DNA of 64,000 nt from Pavona decussata (Eukaryota), in NCBI GenBank assembly GCA_977016875.1, contig CDRNST010000086.1, positions 434,001 through 498,000 of the forward strand. The letters are read 5' to 3'. Under the pieces are notes generated by a model, which worked only from the letters and a program-made list of their open reading frames with translations, had not been told where the DNA came from and made no database searches. A program made the position numbers and the translations under genes. Shown here one piece after another: positions 24,901-35,900 of the stretch. The first letter of the stretch is position 1, and every line of letters begins with the position of its first letter.

Positions 24901-27900
24901 ACTGAGCACTTTTCTATTCCTTCGCAAAAAAAATGACGGCAAAGAAGAACAAACTTTGAGTGCGGAAAGAAAAGGTGTAATATGGAAATATTCTCTTTTT
25001 TTGCGCGCACTATTCTATACGACAGTTTTATAAATTTTTTTTTCACAATGACGCAGGCATACTCCGAGTTATTCTAACAAGAGTCGAAACTATGACTATC
25101 CTATTGATTGAATTACGGTCACCTCGCCACCAGGGAGTCTCGCCACCACGAAACCACCGTTCGATTGTGTTCGAGTGTCTAAACGTCTGGGGTGAGTTCG
25201 AATATGTTCGATTGCCGAACGCAATCCAAATCAATCGAACTATTGGAGTACGATTACCGAACGTCCGATTGGCTCCGATGGGCTGCTTACGCAAAAGCGA
25301 TTAAGCAAGCGGTCAGTGAGCACAACACAGCGAGTTTCGAAAATGCAGTCATCAAGTTCCCTAGACATCGCTTCGGTAAAGGTCGTAATATGCATACAGA
25401 CAAGCGAATCGATGAAAATTATAGTCCCCGAACAGCTATTTCTCCTCGACTTATCGAAGAAGACTTCGCTTGGTGGCGATTTGGCTGGTGGCGAGATGGT
25501 TTCGTGGTGGCGAGACTCCCTGGTGGCGAGGTGACCGGATACCTATTGATTACATGTTTGGAACCATTTGCAGTCTTATCACTTGGCTCCAAAGATAAAT
25601 TCCTGCACTCTGTTCATTGGCTGTCTTCATTTGTAGGTTTCCCTCGGAAAGAGTAATGAGCTTCTAGCGGCAGATTACACCGCTGACAAACTACCTACTG
25701 GCTGTCATAGTGTTAAAGGCATGGGAAAAGTGGCTCCTGATCCGAACGACACTTGTACAATGTATGTTGTGTTGGTTACCAGAATATTGTTAGATCAGAC
25801 TACCAGAAGTACTACTGCCTTCTCAGGAAACTCCAGCAAGAAATACGCTAGTTTGCGTTTTTCAGGCGAGCGGAAGCAAGCACGAGGCGAGCGCAGGGCG
25901 CGAGTCACGCGAGACTGGAGGGCACCTCTCCCGTAGCGCGACTCGCGCCCCGCGCTCGCCTTGTGCTTGCCTCCGCTCGCCTGAAAAACGCAAAAAATAA
26001 CGCCTGTTTTGCAGGCTAGAAATACGCCGCGTATCAGATTAACCTTAGGGGAGTGGTGGGGGAGTAGGAAGCCTGGCTAAGCAAGATTTCATTTATATTT
26101 ATTATGCACACAAGCCGACAGTATTACTGTCTTCAAATAAGTTGATTGTTGCATTGCAAATAGTGACAATATGCGTCGTCTGTAGCGCTAAACATTTACC
26201 AACCCGATCCTTAATCATTTCCGAACTGACGCCCAATACTTGGTCTTTCCTCACCCACTGAGATCATATAAACCATTCAGATCACTGGAATTAAGCTTAT
26301 TGGACTGTTTTATTTTTTGAAATTGAAGCGATCTATGAGCTGTACTACAAGTTTGTCAACTTACCCTAATAGTCACTAATCCAACGCCGCTTTACAAGTG
26401 GGTATCACGGCGTAAAATTGCGTGTCCTGTGATCGTTGTAAGACTTACAATATTTCATGTTTGATTGTTCAGGTCAGATGGGGTGGTTGTGCCTTGTGGT
26501 AAAAGCAAAGAGACTGGTGTGGTCAATCCACGAGGATATACGCTCAACTATAACGGTAATTTGTGTTATACTTATGTGAGACCTCACAACTGTAAACCTA
26601 GAAAAAGACTTGAATAGATAAAACATTAAGAATTGAACGTTAAAACTGTAAACCTTAAAACGGAAGTCCCAGTTGGAAGGAGCGCGAACGGTACTAAAAC
26701 ACCCATGGATAAGGGCCCCCTCCACCCCCTCGAATTGTAAGGAGGAGAAAATTATCTACATTATAAAATGATAAAGATAAAAACAAGGATAATGCGTTAG
26801 GTCCGGCGTCAGCTGCAATCATCGTAGACTGACCGGATACAGGTCATGGTAGAGTCTGAAAAGTGCCAGTTTTACTCAAAGTAAAGTAAAGTAATTAATC
26901 TTTATTGACTCACACTCTGATTTGGTACAAGAAGATTATAAGTTAATCCGAAAAAAAAAAAAGTGGCAAAGAGCGTAATTGTTAATTGAAGCCTAGAGGG
27001 TAAAGGAACCGCAAGGTTTTCGAGTTAGCCCCTAATAGTTGTTCAGAGTTAGTAATAATTGCTGGCGAGCGTTAGCGAGACAGCACACTATTCTTGTCAA
27101 TAGGGAGAAAAATCCAAAATTTTGTCGGATGTAAGACTCGAAGCTTGCGCAGTAGAGCATTATCCGGGATGGTTGAGACGACAATCATGCGCAAATCACA
27201 TGGCTGACATATAATCCGGGATACACACCTCACTTTGATGCACTTGAGAATCGCACGCTGTCAGACGCTTTCGGTTACGAGGTGCAGTTCACGTTGCCAT
27301 AAAATAGGTAGGTAGTTTTTCTATTTGCTGTCTTTATTTGCTTTCGTAATCATTCATCAAGGTCACGAACGGAAAGAGATCAATTTGTGTTTGGCTGCTT
27401 TCATAGATCCACCGCTTGAGAATTGAGATCACTTTCCACGGGATTCATCATTAATCCGTTCTTGACCTTGATGAATATTTTCACAAGCAAATGAAGACAT
27501 CTAGCCAATAAAAATATTTAGAAATACTTACCTACTTGTTTTATGGCAAAGTCAACTGCGCCTCGAAATCGTCTGTGCGTAAGATCGTGGTAAAATTCTC
27601 CCGTGGAACTGAAAGTGATCTCAATTCTCAAGCGCTGGATCTATGAAAGCAGCCAAACACAAATTGATCTCTTTCCGTTCGTGACCTTGATCTGCTTGAT
27701 GAATGATTACAGAAGCAAATAAAGACATAGCAAATAGAAAACATACCGTGGAGGCTAATAATTCCAGATCGGCGAACCACTCAACTGTGAAATCAAAGGA
27801 CTCGTTGTACTTTGACACGAGTTCTTCGCCCGTGGAGGCCAATAGTTCAAAATCTGTGAAGTCTGTGCCGGATAATTCGACCGTTGAGTCATGCTCTTTG

Positions 27901-29687
27901 TCCGTAAGTGTGTCCGGTCAGGCAAAAGAATTGAAAACGTGTCGATCGCTCGTCGAAGCGAACTATGCAACTGGGAAATCAGGTGATTGTTTCACTCTGA
28001 AATCAAACGACTCCTTGCACTTTCACACGAGTTCTTTGCTCGTATTCAAAATCTGTGCCGTTTGGGGCGGCTGATCCGTCTACTTCACCAACACCCCCAT
28101 CCCACAAAAAGGAAGCGTTTTCAACATTTCTTCCCCAATGTGGGTTATACAAATCACTAAACCTGTCATGACCCATTTTCAAAACCAATGCTTGCTGTGG
28201 TCATTTTTGCAACTCATCCAACTGAAACCTACTCTTCCTACCCTCAAAGTCGACCCCCTTTTCCAAACCCATTCACTGTTTAATTAAATCCCCACAACTT
28301 TATACCCCTTCGCCAGCACTCACTTNNNNNNNNNNNNNNNNNNNNNNNNNNNNNNNNNNNNNNNNNNNNNNNNNNNNNNNNNNNNNNNNNNNNNNNNNNN
28401 NNNNNNNNNNNNNNNNNNNNNNNNNNNNNNNNNNNNNNNNNNNNNNNNNNNNNNAAAACGGACTTACTAAATAATGCTAAAAGGAGGCTGTTGACATAGA
28501 GATTTGTTGTGTTGACAACAACGGGTGCGGCCGTGACTGACAAACTGAATGACTATACTGACATCGATATTGCCATTTCACACAGTGCATACCCTGGTCT
28601 ATATAGCGAAGGGCTACCGCCCACTGCTTTTCCCATTCTTTCAGATTGCTGTTTAATAGTAGCCTTGTTTTTATGACTTGTCGCAATTCATTCGTGATGA
28701 AAATAATTTCAATTTTCGCAGTGATTTTGGGGGTTTTTTATATTGAAAAATCTGAGTTCTTGATTTAACATATTTTTGGTTGTTTGGTTTTGCAGAATAC
28801 ATAGTCTACAACACAAATCAGGTAATCAACTGCTCTGCACTGACCATTAAGTGATATTTATTTTAGTGGAACAAAAGAAGTTTGGCACTGAAATAAAATT
28901 TTGCATAATAAGAAAAAATTGCACCACCGAAGTGCTTGAAACTGCATACAAAAAACAGTCTGAGGTTTCGGGGATAAACCCCCTCAACAATGTTTATGTT
29001 TAGCTGTTTCTGGCACCCAGGGTCTTGTTAGTGAATTTGAGTAACGCCTTCAAAAATGTCACTTCAAAAAGTAAATGAGCCTGCGAGAACAGACGCCTTT
29101 TCCAGCTTTTGTTTGAACTACTTCGCCGTTATTCCAAATTGTTCATTTTATGTGGCCATGTAGCCTAGCTATACAGGAACTGAATATGTGGATTGCATTG
29201 CCGCCATGTTGGAGTCAAAACAAAAGAAAATTTGCTCACATAGTTCGCATAAAAAAGGAAGTTAACCCCCAGAGAAGAAAAATCTTATTGTTCCTATCCA
29301 CCAGCGTGGCCGCCATGACGTCTCATGCAATCAACCTATTGGTGAATATTGAATTAACTGTCGTGTTCTCACCTTCTCCATAAAACTTTGAATTTGGTCT
29401 CTTAAGTTGTTGTTTTGCAAACAACCACAAGGGGATTAACCGAAATTTGTACCACATGGGTGGATCTCAATCACTCTTGGCCAAAGTATCAATTGAACAC
29501 CTCGTGACTGCCTTTAGCAGAGGTTAATTAAGATTGTGACTTTTTGCTTTCGAGCAAGCATAACTCTAATGAATCAATGTTAGAAGACTTTGGTTTTTGC
29601 CTTAAAGATTTGGTTAAATTTACTTGTTTTCATTTTCCCCAGGTGCGAATGAGGTACTTGGTGAAAGTCAAGTTTAACTTTAAATAA
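10762..29687 (+). CDS. PARP2: Poly(ADP-ribose) polymerase 2 with two N-terminal WWE domains (WWE-WWE-WGR-HD-ART), 730 aa
   Basis: 18 in-phase exons: 10762-10798, 13408-13746, 15636-15848, 16629-16742, 16961-17079, 18053-18149, 18579-18654, 19306-19568, 20494-20632, 20732-20795, 21784-21918, 22824-22942, 23732-23831, 24370-24468, 25637-25761, 26473-26555, 28796-28821, 29643-29687 (2193 nt). WGR: [24 protein letters not shown]...VWQRWGRVG. HD: KAPLGKL...[13 protein letters not shown]: WHGS, GIYFAD, GYTLNYNEYIVYN (PARP2-type). Exon 1 is the least certain. Confidence 0.92.
11088..12776. mobile_element. PIF/Harbinger-type non-autonomous element in PARP2 intron 1
   Basis: TIR TGCACTAGTCAATTGAAACCCCCAC at both ends; TAA duplicated at 11085-11087 and 12777-12779. 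Confidence 0.8.
11676..12470 (-). pseudogene. Frameshifted Penelope-like retroelement reverse transcriptase fragment
   Basis: Minus-strand pieces [28 protein letters not shown] (YxDD), [56 protein letters not shown]. Confidence 0.8.
13763..14158. mobile_element. Palindromic MITE
   Basis: TACAGTACTAAAGTG / CACTTTAGTACTCTA ends; long internal inverted arms (AAAGAGCATGATGAAAAATG / CATTTTTCATCATGCTCTTT). Confidence 0.7.
15305..15597 (+). mobile_element. tRNA-derived SINE (second family) with (TTTA)n tail
   Basis: Head GTAGCATGGTCAAGTGGTTAGGG...GGGTTCAAGTCC; non-tRNA body; TTTA tail. Confidence 0.7.
15853..15954 (+). repeat. Perfect 51-bp tandem duplication just inside PARP2 intron 3
   Basis: GTGAATATATTCAAGACATTTGTGTTTAGTTTGTATTGAAGGTGATCTCAA x2. 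Confidence 0.9.
16143..16334. mobile_element. About 190-bp MITE (TGTGCAGTTCCAGAAA TIR family)
   Basis: TIR TGTGCAGTTCCAGAAA / TTTCTGGAACTGCACA; relatives at about 645-850, 18208-18370, 21947-22136 and 22175-22340. Confidence 0.8.
17195..17373 (+). mobile_element. Probable relic of an RTE-clade LINE 5' UTR
   Basis: GGGCCACCCATGC...AGAGGCTAGACAAAGAGTGGTCCTCTGGTCCTCCAGATTGGGGGTTG...GGCTAGCAACC resembles RTE 5' regions (recognised from memory). Confidence 0.4.
18450..18540. mobile_element. 91-bp TAGCC...GGCTA hairpin element with 9-bp TSD
   Basis: TAGCCTGCGAGAGCAGACGC / GCGTCTGCTCTCACAGGCTA; AATTGTGAG on both flanks. Confidence 0.75.
18832..19113 (-). mobile_element. 5'-truncated SINE with expanded (TTA)n tail (AAT microsatellite 18832-18931)
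   Basis: Body matches 356-510; about 30 AAT units. Confidence 0.75.
21947..22136. mobile_element. MITE inserted only in PARP copy 2
   Basis: TIR pair; the paralogous site at 594-610 (TCTTGTACAAATGCAAC) is empty. Confidence 0.8.
25110..25542. mobile_element. 433-bp MULE-like non-autonomous element, 9-bp TSD
   Basis: TIR CGGTCACCTCGCCACCAGGGAGTCTCGCCACCACGAAACC; CTATTGATT at 25101-25109 and 25543-25551; single site in copy 1 at about 3978-3986. Confidence 0.85.
25849..26018. mobile_element. GC-rich hairpin element (TAG...GGCTA) with 9-bp TSD, copy 2 only
   Basis: Inverted arms TTTGCGTTTTTCAGGCGAGCGG / CCGCTCGCCTGAAAAACGCAAA; GAAATACGC on both flanks; empty site near 4275-4285. Confidence 0.8.
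26875..28550. mobile_element. Unclassified insertion(s) of about 1.7 kb in copy 2 intron 16, with internal inverted repeats and a gap
   Basis: Absent from the paralogous intron 4798-5839; 27316-27443 is inverted at 27598-27742. Confidence 0.5.
28326..28454. other. Assembly gap (N run)
   Basis: Run of n. Confidence 1.
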
Positions 29688-30828
29688 GTCCACCATACGC
29701 TATCGGGCAGAAGTGACACATAAAGCCAAGGAATTTTTAAACAGTACAGCAGATAGTTACATGTAATAATCCAGAAGAAATTGTACAAAAAGACAGTGGA
29801 CGATTTTGACAAGGAGCCTTGACAAAGACCGCCAAATATGGCCATAACTGATTTAGTAACTTTATTATATAGTTCTGTTGGAAATATCGCAGAGATGGTG
29901 TTGATGCCAGGTTATGTCTGTATCGCGTGCAGTTGCGTTCGTGTTAAAAAAGAAACAAAAAAGGAAAAAAAATTCTTTTTCGTTTGCTACTGAAGAGTAT
30001 GCTGGACGGTGCCTACTAAAACTGAAGTGTTTATGCGCGGTTTATGACTATGCGGAGAAAGCAGATCTTAGCAAGGGCTATTGGAATCCAAAAAGAAAAG
30101 TGGGGGTAACCACGCATTTTTTTAGAGATAATTAAGCAACAGTTATTCTAAAAAGCCGTAAAATACAAAGCAATGTATGGCGGTTTTTTTTTGCAAATTT
30201 AAGCTTTATCTCTGAAAAATACATGGTTACCCCCAATTTTCTCGCCCAAAATCGAAATTTGGAGCCTCCTGAAACAGCATAGTAAACTAGTGTAATGAAG
30301 CATTAGCTTTTCGTGACTGATTTGAACGGGGGCGCTGTACGATTTCGTCCACAGACGGATTTCAAGTATATGAAACAGTTCTCGTATATTTAGGTTGCGC
30401 TCGATTGACCCTATTCCGGAATAGGAATACATACAATGATGACAACAAATCCATCACAAGACGTTTTTTTACTGGAGAACAAAATGGCTCTTGAATTATC
30501 ATGTGTCAGCGAAAATTTGCCGACATGTCTTCCCAAATTTACTTAAAAAGAGAAATCTAACAGCTATTCCGGTTGTTCTTGTTCCGGAGGACGCGACTAC
30601 CCACTTTTAAAAGCAATAAAAAACATCTTTTGGTTTGCGAACTTCCTTGTCTTGTTTATTGCATTTTGCGACACTGTTATCTTAAAAACAGGAAAAGTGC
30701 GCCTACAATGTCTACTTATTGTATTTAATTACCAGCATGAGATTAAACTTGAAACAGATGTTGAATTAACTCCCTGTCCTTGTTAAGCCAGAACGCCCTC
30801 TGTTCGACTTCCTTGTTTTCATGTTAAG

Positions 30829-30995
30829 AATAGCCCTTTTCACGGTTGATTTTTCTCATTTGCATTACAATGTTATCCAACGTGGATGCGAGGCAATTTC
30901 GGGCTAAAACTACAAAATAGCCCGAAATTGCCTCACATACATGCTAGATTTCATTGTAATTCAAATAAGCAGAGTTAACCGTGAAAAGGGCTATT
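30829..30995. mobile_element. Palindromic MITE
   Basis: AATAGCCCTTTTCACGGTT / AACCGTGAAAAGGGCTATT. Confidence 0.75.
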
Positions 30996-31809
30996 ACAAT
31001 GTTATGTTTCTTCACCGCGACGTCCTTCACTTTGGTGTTGGTCGGGTGAGTATAACAGTCTTACATTTAACGTTTTAGGCACAACCGTCTTTTCTACAAT
31101 TGGAGCGGTATTGTACGGGGAAACTTAAGGTTTTCTTGTCAAATGTTCCCTATTACATGGTGCGAAATGCAGCGTTTTGGAAAACGGGTAAACTTCTGGG
31201 TTTTTTTTTTTTATTATTATTATTTTTTTTTATGTTTAACACGCGATGAGGCTCAATTTTCGTTTCGTTTAGTAGATCATTCCCGCGGGAGACGTAAACG
31301 ACCAAATACGAGAAGATAAGACCGCTGCTAAAATTGAGTCAGGTCGCAAGCTACTCCATGTTCCCTGGAAACATCGAAAATTTCCAAGAAACTCCGCAAA
31401 GGTTTAATTCTTTGATCGCACTCGCATTTGTCGGCACGACAAGATGAGAGCACGAATTGTACGTCCTTTTTTTTTTTTTTTGAAACTTGAATTTTGATTG
31501 ACGTGGCGGTTTCTTTACGACTTACAAAAAAGCTGTTGGACTGCAACATATTTTTTCAAATCGGTCGTAAATCGGGTGTCGAAATCCACGTACGATTCGT
31601 GCTCCGATACTATCGGGCCAACAAATCGCAGCGCGTACAAGTAAAACCGGTTATTTTAAAAGTCCTTCAAGTTTTGCTTTAAAAAGTGGCAATAAAGAAG
31701 TTTCTCTAAGGCTTCCGTTTGACAGAAATAAATTGACTTGCTGGGGTTGGCTATCTATTGATTTAGCACAGCCTAAAACAGTTGTTCCCCGCTGGGTCGA
31801 TGAGTAGTT

Positions 31810-32663
31810 TACAATTATCCTACGAAATTGCGCGGAATATCGCCTGGTAGTGGTAAGTGCACCATGACCATATTTGTGTAGTTAAATGATTGGCAAGTAT
31901 GCTAATAAGGATTAAGACACAAAAGAGTAGAAAAAGGACGAATGGTATCAAAGTCACGAGAGAGGATTGTATTTTTTAATTTAGACTGAAAAGAAGAAAC
32001 AAGAACCATCTGTTGTTGAGCTCAGCGCCCGTTGATAAAGAACGAACCCTGACTGATGGGCTCAATAGTCAACTAGTCTACCACAAAACGTCGATGATTC
32101 TAAACGAAAGGAGCTAGAAAAAGACACTGACTTAACAAAAAAACAACAAGAACAAATAAAAATAATAACAAATAGCCTATATGCGGATTAAATAGAAAAC
32201 TGGAGACGTGGCGTTGTAGCCAACGTGTCATCTCCCTCAATTAGATTGCAAGCAGAGGAAAAGTGAAGGGAATGGTAGTGTTTCAGACCGAGTGTATTTA
32301 GGCGTGGCTTAAGTTTTAAGAGAAATACATATATTTTTTTTTTCTGATAAGTAGTTCCTTCCTGTCACTTTATTTCCAGCTAATATTCTTATTATTATTC
32401 AACACGTTGTAACAATGCCCAAATATGGTCATGGTGCGCTGAATATTCGTAGTCAACTCATCCTGTGACATACGTAATTTCGTGTGTCTGGAAGAAAAAT
32501 GGCAAAATAAAGATCGTCTCCAGCTTTTCTGCAATAAACGGTGCTTTATGTCCTTTATCATCAACGAGTTGATTGATTAAACAATTATTTTGCTCAATCT
32601 TGCGGAATATCCCCTGATTTTAGGCGATATTCCGGCCGCACGATTTCGCAGGATAATTGTTAA
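31810..32663. mobile_element. TIR-bounded non-autonomous element upstream of mini-JARID2
   Basis: ACAATTATCCTACGAAAT...GGAATATCGCCT / AGGCGATATTCC...ATTTCGCAGGATAATTGT. Confidence 0.6.
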
Positions 32664-32820
32664 AGCCACCGCAATAACTCTGACGTTATTAGCCGAGCTT
32701 TTCATGAACTTGTTATATCTTTAATTTTGTGTTGGGGAAACTACGCATTTCCGTTTCTCGAAGGGATCCATGAGGCGGCTCTTGTGCCTTTTACACACCC
32801 CTTGACCTGTTGACCACTGG

Positions 32821-32886
32821 CACGTGCGCGGAACACACGATATGTCCGAGCGGGACTGGGAACAAATTAGTTCGGGAAGATGGCGG
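32821..32886 (+). promoter_or_regulatory. Promoter motifs of mini-JARID2: E-box and YY1 consensus
   Basis: CACGTG at 32821-32826 and AAGATGGCGG at 32877-32886, in a CpG-richer patch before the ATG at 32954. Confidence 0.5.
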
Positions 32887-32953
32887 GTAATCTTGCATGT
32901 GGTCTTTGTGCTTTCTTCATTTAGTTTGCTTTGGCTTCGCAGTATAGTTCAAA

Positions 32954-35900
32954 ATGGCTGATAAAAGACCCAAACGACAACGGAAAGTGCGTTCCGCAAC
33001 GGTAAGTTGTTTAAGTGAATGTTTTGGAGTATTTAGGTAGATTCGTGAGTGTTGTTTTGCTCCGCGCGGCAAACGTGCTCTCCCAGTGTAAAGCCAGTTT
33101 CAAAACAATGACTTGATAAAGCGAACTTGTAAAAGTTAAAAGTTAGGCCTTGCTCTGCTAATACAACAAGTTCAGAATGAACTTTGGCAAATGTTTGTCA
33201 ATTTTTCTTTAGAATCGATGAATACAATGTACTGAAAGAGGTCGTGTATATTTCGTATTCGAAGCGAAGTATCGATCGCTTGCAATTGTGTGGCATGAGT
33301 GCGAAATCAACAAGTGTCCCAGTAATCGTGAGTTTCAAGTAACCTAAATGTACTTTTCAATCACGGTTTTGAGTGACCTGCATATGTTCAAGAGAAGTTG
33401 CATTCATCAATTAAAAATGATAAAGATTATCAGGACCCTAACATATCAGAGTGTGCGCGAGCCATGGATAATGTAACTTACACCTTTCATTAAGCTTCAA
33501 GTTAAAGCTCTTGGTGTATTTTTAAGGTTTTTCCATCCTTAAGTTAGTCTTTAAGATCTCCTTATTACCCAGCTTTTATTTGTAAAGCACAGTAAGAACA
33601 GGATTGTAAACGTCGCCCAGTTAGAGACCGCTTTTAAGAATTACCGTCTTGTCTCAGGAGTAAAAAGAGACTGCGTGTTCAGATCAATTTATGTACGTTC
33701 TAAATCCAATCATCTCAAAATTAATGTTTGTAATTTAATTCGGAGCTCTTATTTCTGCTTTATGTTTAGCAGGTGAAGGCAAGTTTTAGTCATTAATTAG
33801 TGATTTGGGGATTTGCAAACTCAAGACTTAACTCAACATTTAGACCAAACTATGTTTCTTATTAAATCCAGTAACCAATTATTGGGTTGTTTCTGATTGA
33901 TTTGAGCACTCTTGCTTCTTACCATGGAGAGCAGCGTCCTACGCAGACATTCCTTTGGCTCGTCACGTCACGCACTTTGTGGGGAGAAGTGTGTTAACGT
34001 GACAAGCTAAACAACGTCTGTGTAGGAGGCTACATGGAGAGTGTCAAGAACTTCTTTCAGCAAAAAGGTAAAACAATGTACCTTATGTATACATCATCGT
34101 CATTTGGTTGGTGATACTACCTATGACTACATCTACAGACTCTGAAGTTAAAAACCTCAATAGTTTCCATTTGAATGGTTACACTCTGGGATGATTCTCA
34201 TCTCCAGACTAAATGCTTCAACTATGAGTAACCTTTCAATCAAAGCTAATGAGCACTTTTTTCTAATTCTAGCTCACTTTCTTGAAGTAGAGGATTAACT
34301 TGAATTTAGATCGAATATTTGTACTAGAGTAAATTATATCATGTATTCCATAGGAGTTTTTCGGGGGAGGTCTGTTACACAAAGAAGAAGTAGAATTGAG
34401 GAGGGCACTGCAGGCATCACTGAAAGTAGCTTATCAGAAGAAACAAGAAAAACTTGCTGAACCAGTTGTATCAGCTAGATCTGTTTGTACCAATACCAAA
34501 GCTTTCGAGAAGGAACAAGACAAGCCCGCTGAACCAGTTGCAACTAGATCTATTTGCACTGGCACCAATACGAGGTTTCGCATAAAGTCTTCTGTCAAGA
34601 AGAAACTGAAAAATGCTACAAAGCAGTGTGGGGATTCCCCTGAAAAGAAAAAGAACGGCATCGAGGAAAGAGAAAGTGGAACTTCCCAAGGAACCAGTCC
34701 GGTGTTAACCAAACCGTTGAAGAGAAAGGATGTTGCGGAAATTACTTTTACTTCTGTTAAAAAGAAAAAGAGAGAAAGTGAAAAGAGAGACAAGGAAGGA
34801 TTCCATAAGGGAAGTAATAAAGGATCAATAAAACTGAAAAAAGGAAAAGGTGTTGGAGAGATCACTGAGAGAAGAAAAGATGATGGAAAGAAAATGAAGA
34901 AGTTGTTCAGTGAATCTATTGTACGGAAAGAGCTAAAAAGTCCAGGTAAAACAAGCCAAGTTACACAATCTTCCAAGGGAAAAGAGTTGATGATTCTACC
35001 TAAAAGCAAAGCAGCTGTACACAAGTTACTCAACGACAGAAAGATAAAAGGTCATCAGAAAAGCAAAGTTGTTCAGAGTTTGACTGAGAAATTTAGTGCA
35101 ACTGTAAGAGATGGAAAACAACCAGCTACAGGTTTTATGAAGAAAGATAGTGAAGATCAAATGGATAGAGATTTTAGCAGTGCTAAAATCAAGAAGAAAA
35201 CTGGTTTGCAGAAGGATAAGTTTGAGAAATTAGAACAAAGTTCAGGTCCTTCCAGTGACTCTTCTTGTAAAACTAATAAGATTTGTGAACTGGGACAACA
35301 AGTGTCAAATTCACTGCAGGGAAAAGTCAGAAGAAGACTTAAACATAAGTTTAAAAACAGAAGGCTTGTGAGTCCACTAGGAGAGATCTACATACCAGCT
35401 AATATAGCAAAGACAGAAGACTTCCTGACTTTCTTGTGCTTAAGAGGTAAGTTGGTAAAAGGCAGGGAGTCTGTTCCTTGCAATATAACTATTTTCTGTC
35501 ATGAACATTACCGTTGTCAAACAGACACAACAAACAACTTTACTATAATAACAACAGAAAAACTGACTATCTTCTGCTGTGTGATGAAACCACTACCATT
35601 AGTAAATTCATTAGGACTCATCATCAAGAAAATGTATAAACAGTGTAGTTGGCTTTGTAGAAATCTTTCATCCAGGCAGAACTTCTTAAATGTGTTGTCC
35701 TCCCTATAAGGGAGGCTCCCCCCAAAAGGGGTACCTTTTCCAGGATGGAAGTATATAAAAGGGATTTCATGAGCCGAAGTATAGAAAAGGGTAGGGGGAA
35801 ATTGTCATTTAGGTATTTAAAAGGGCCTTTCAAAATATCTCGAACAGACCCAATGAAAAAAGATAGTGTTTCTACTGTAGGTATGTGAAAGGGTTACCAT

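Noticed and set aside
25092-25656. ORFs of 70-154 aa
   Set aside because: They lie within the 433-bp TIR element and show no transposase motifs.
34434-35033. 199-aa antisense ORF
   Set aside because: Shadow of the Lys-rich mini-JARID2 exon; Phe/Leu/Ser-rich with no recognisable motif.
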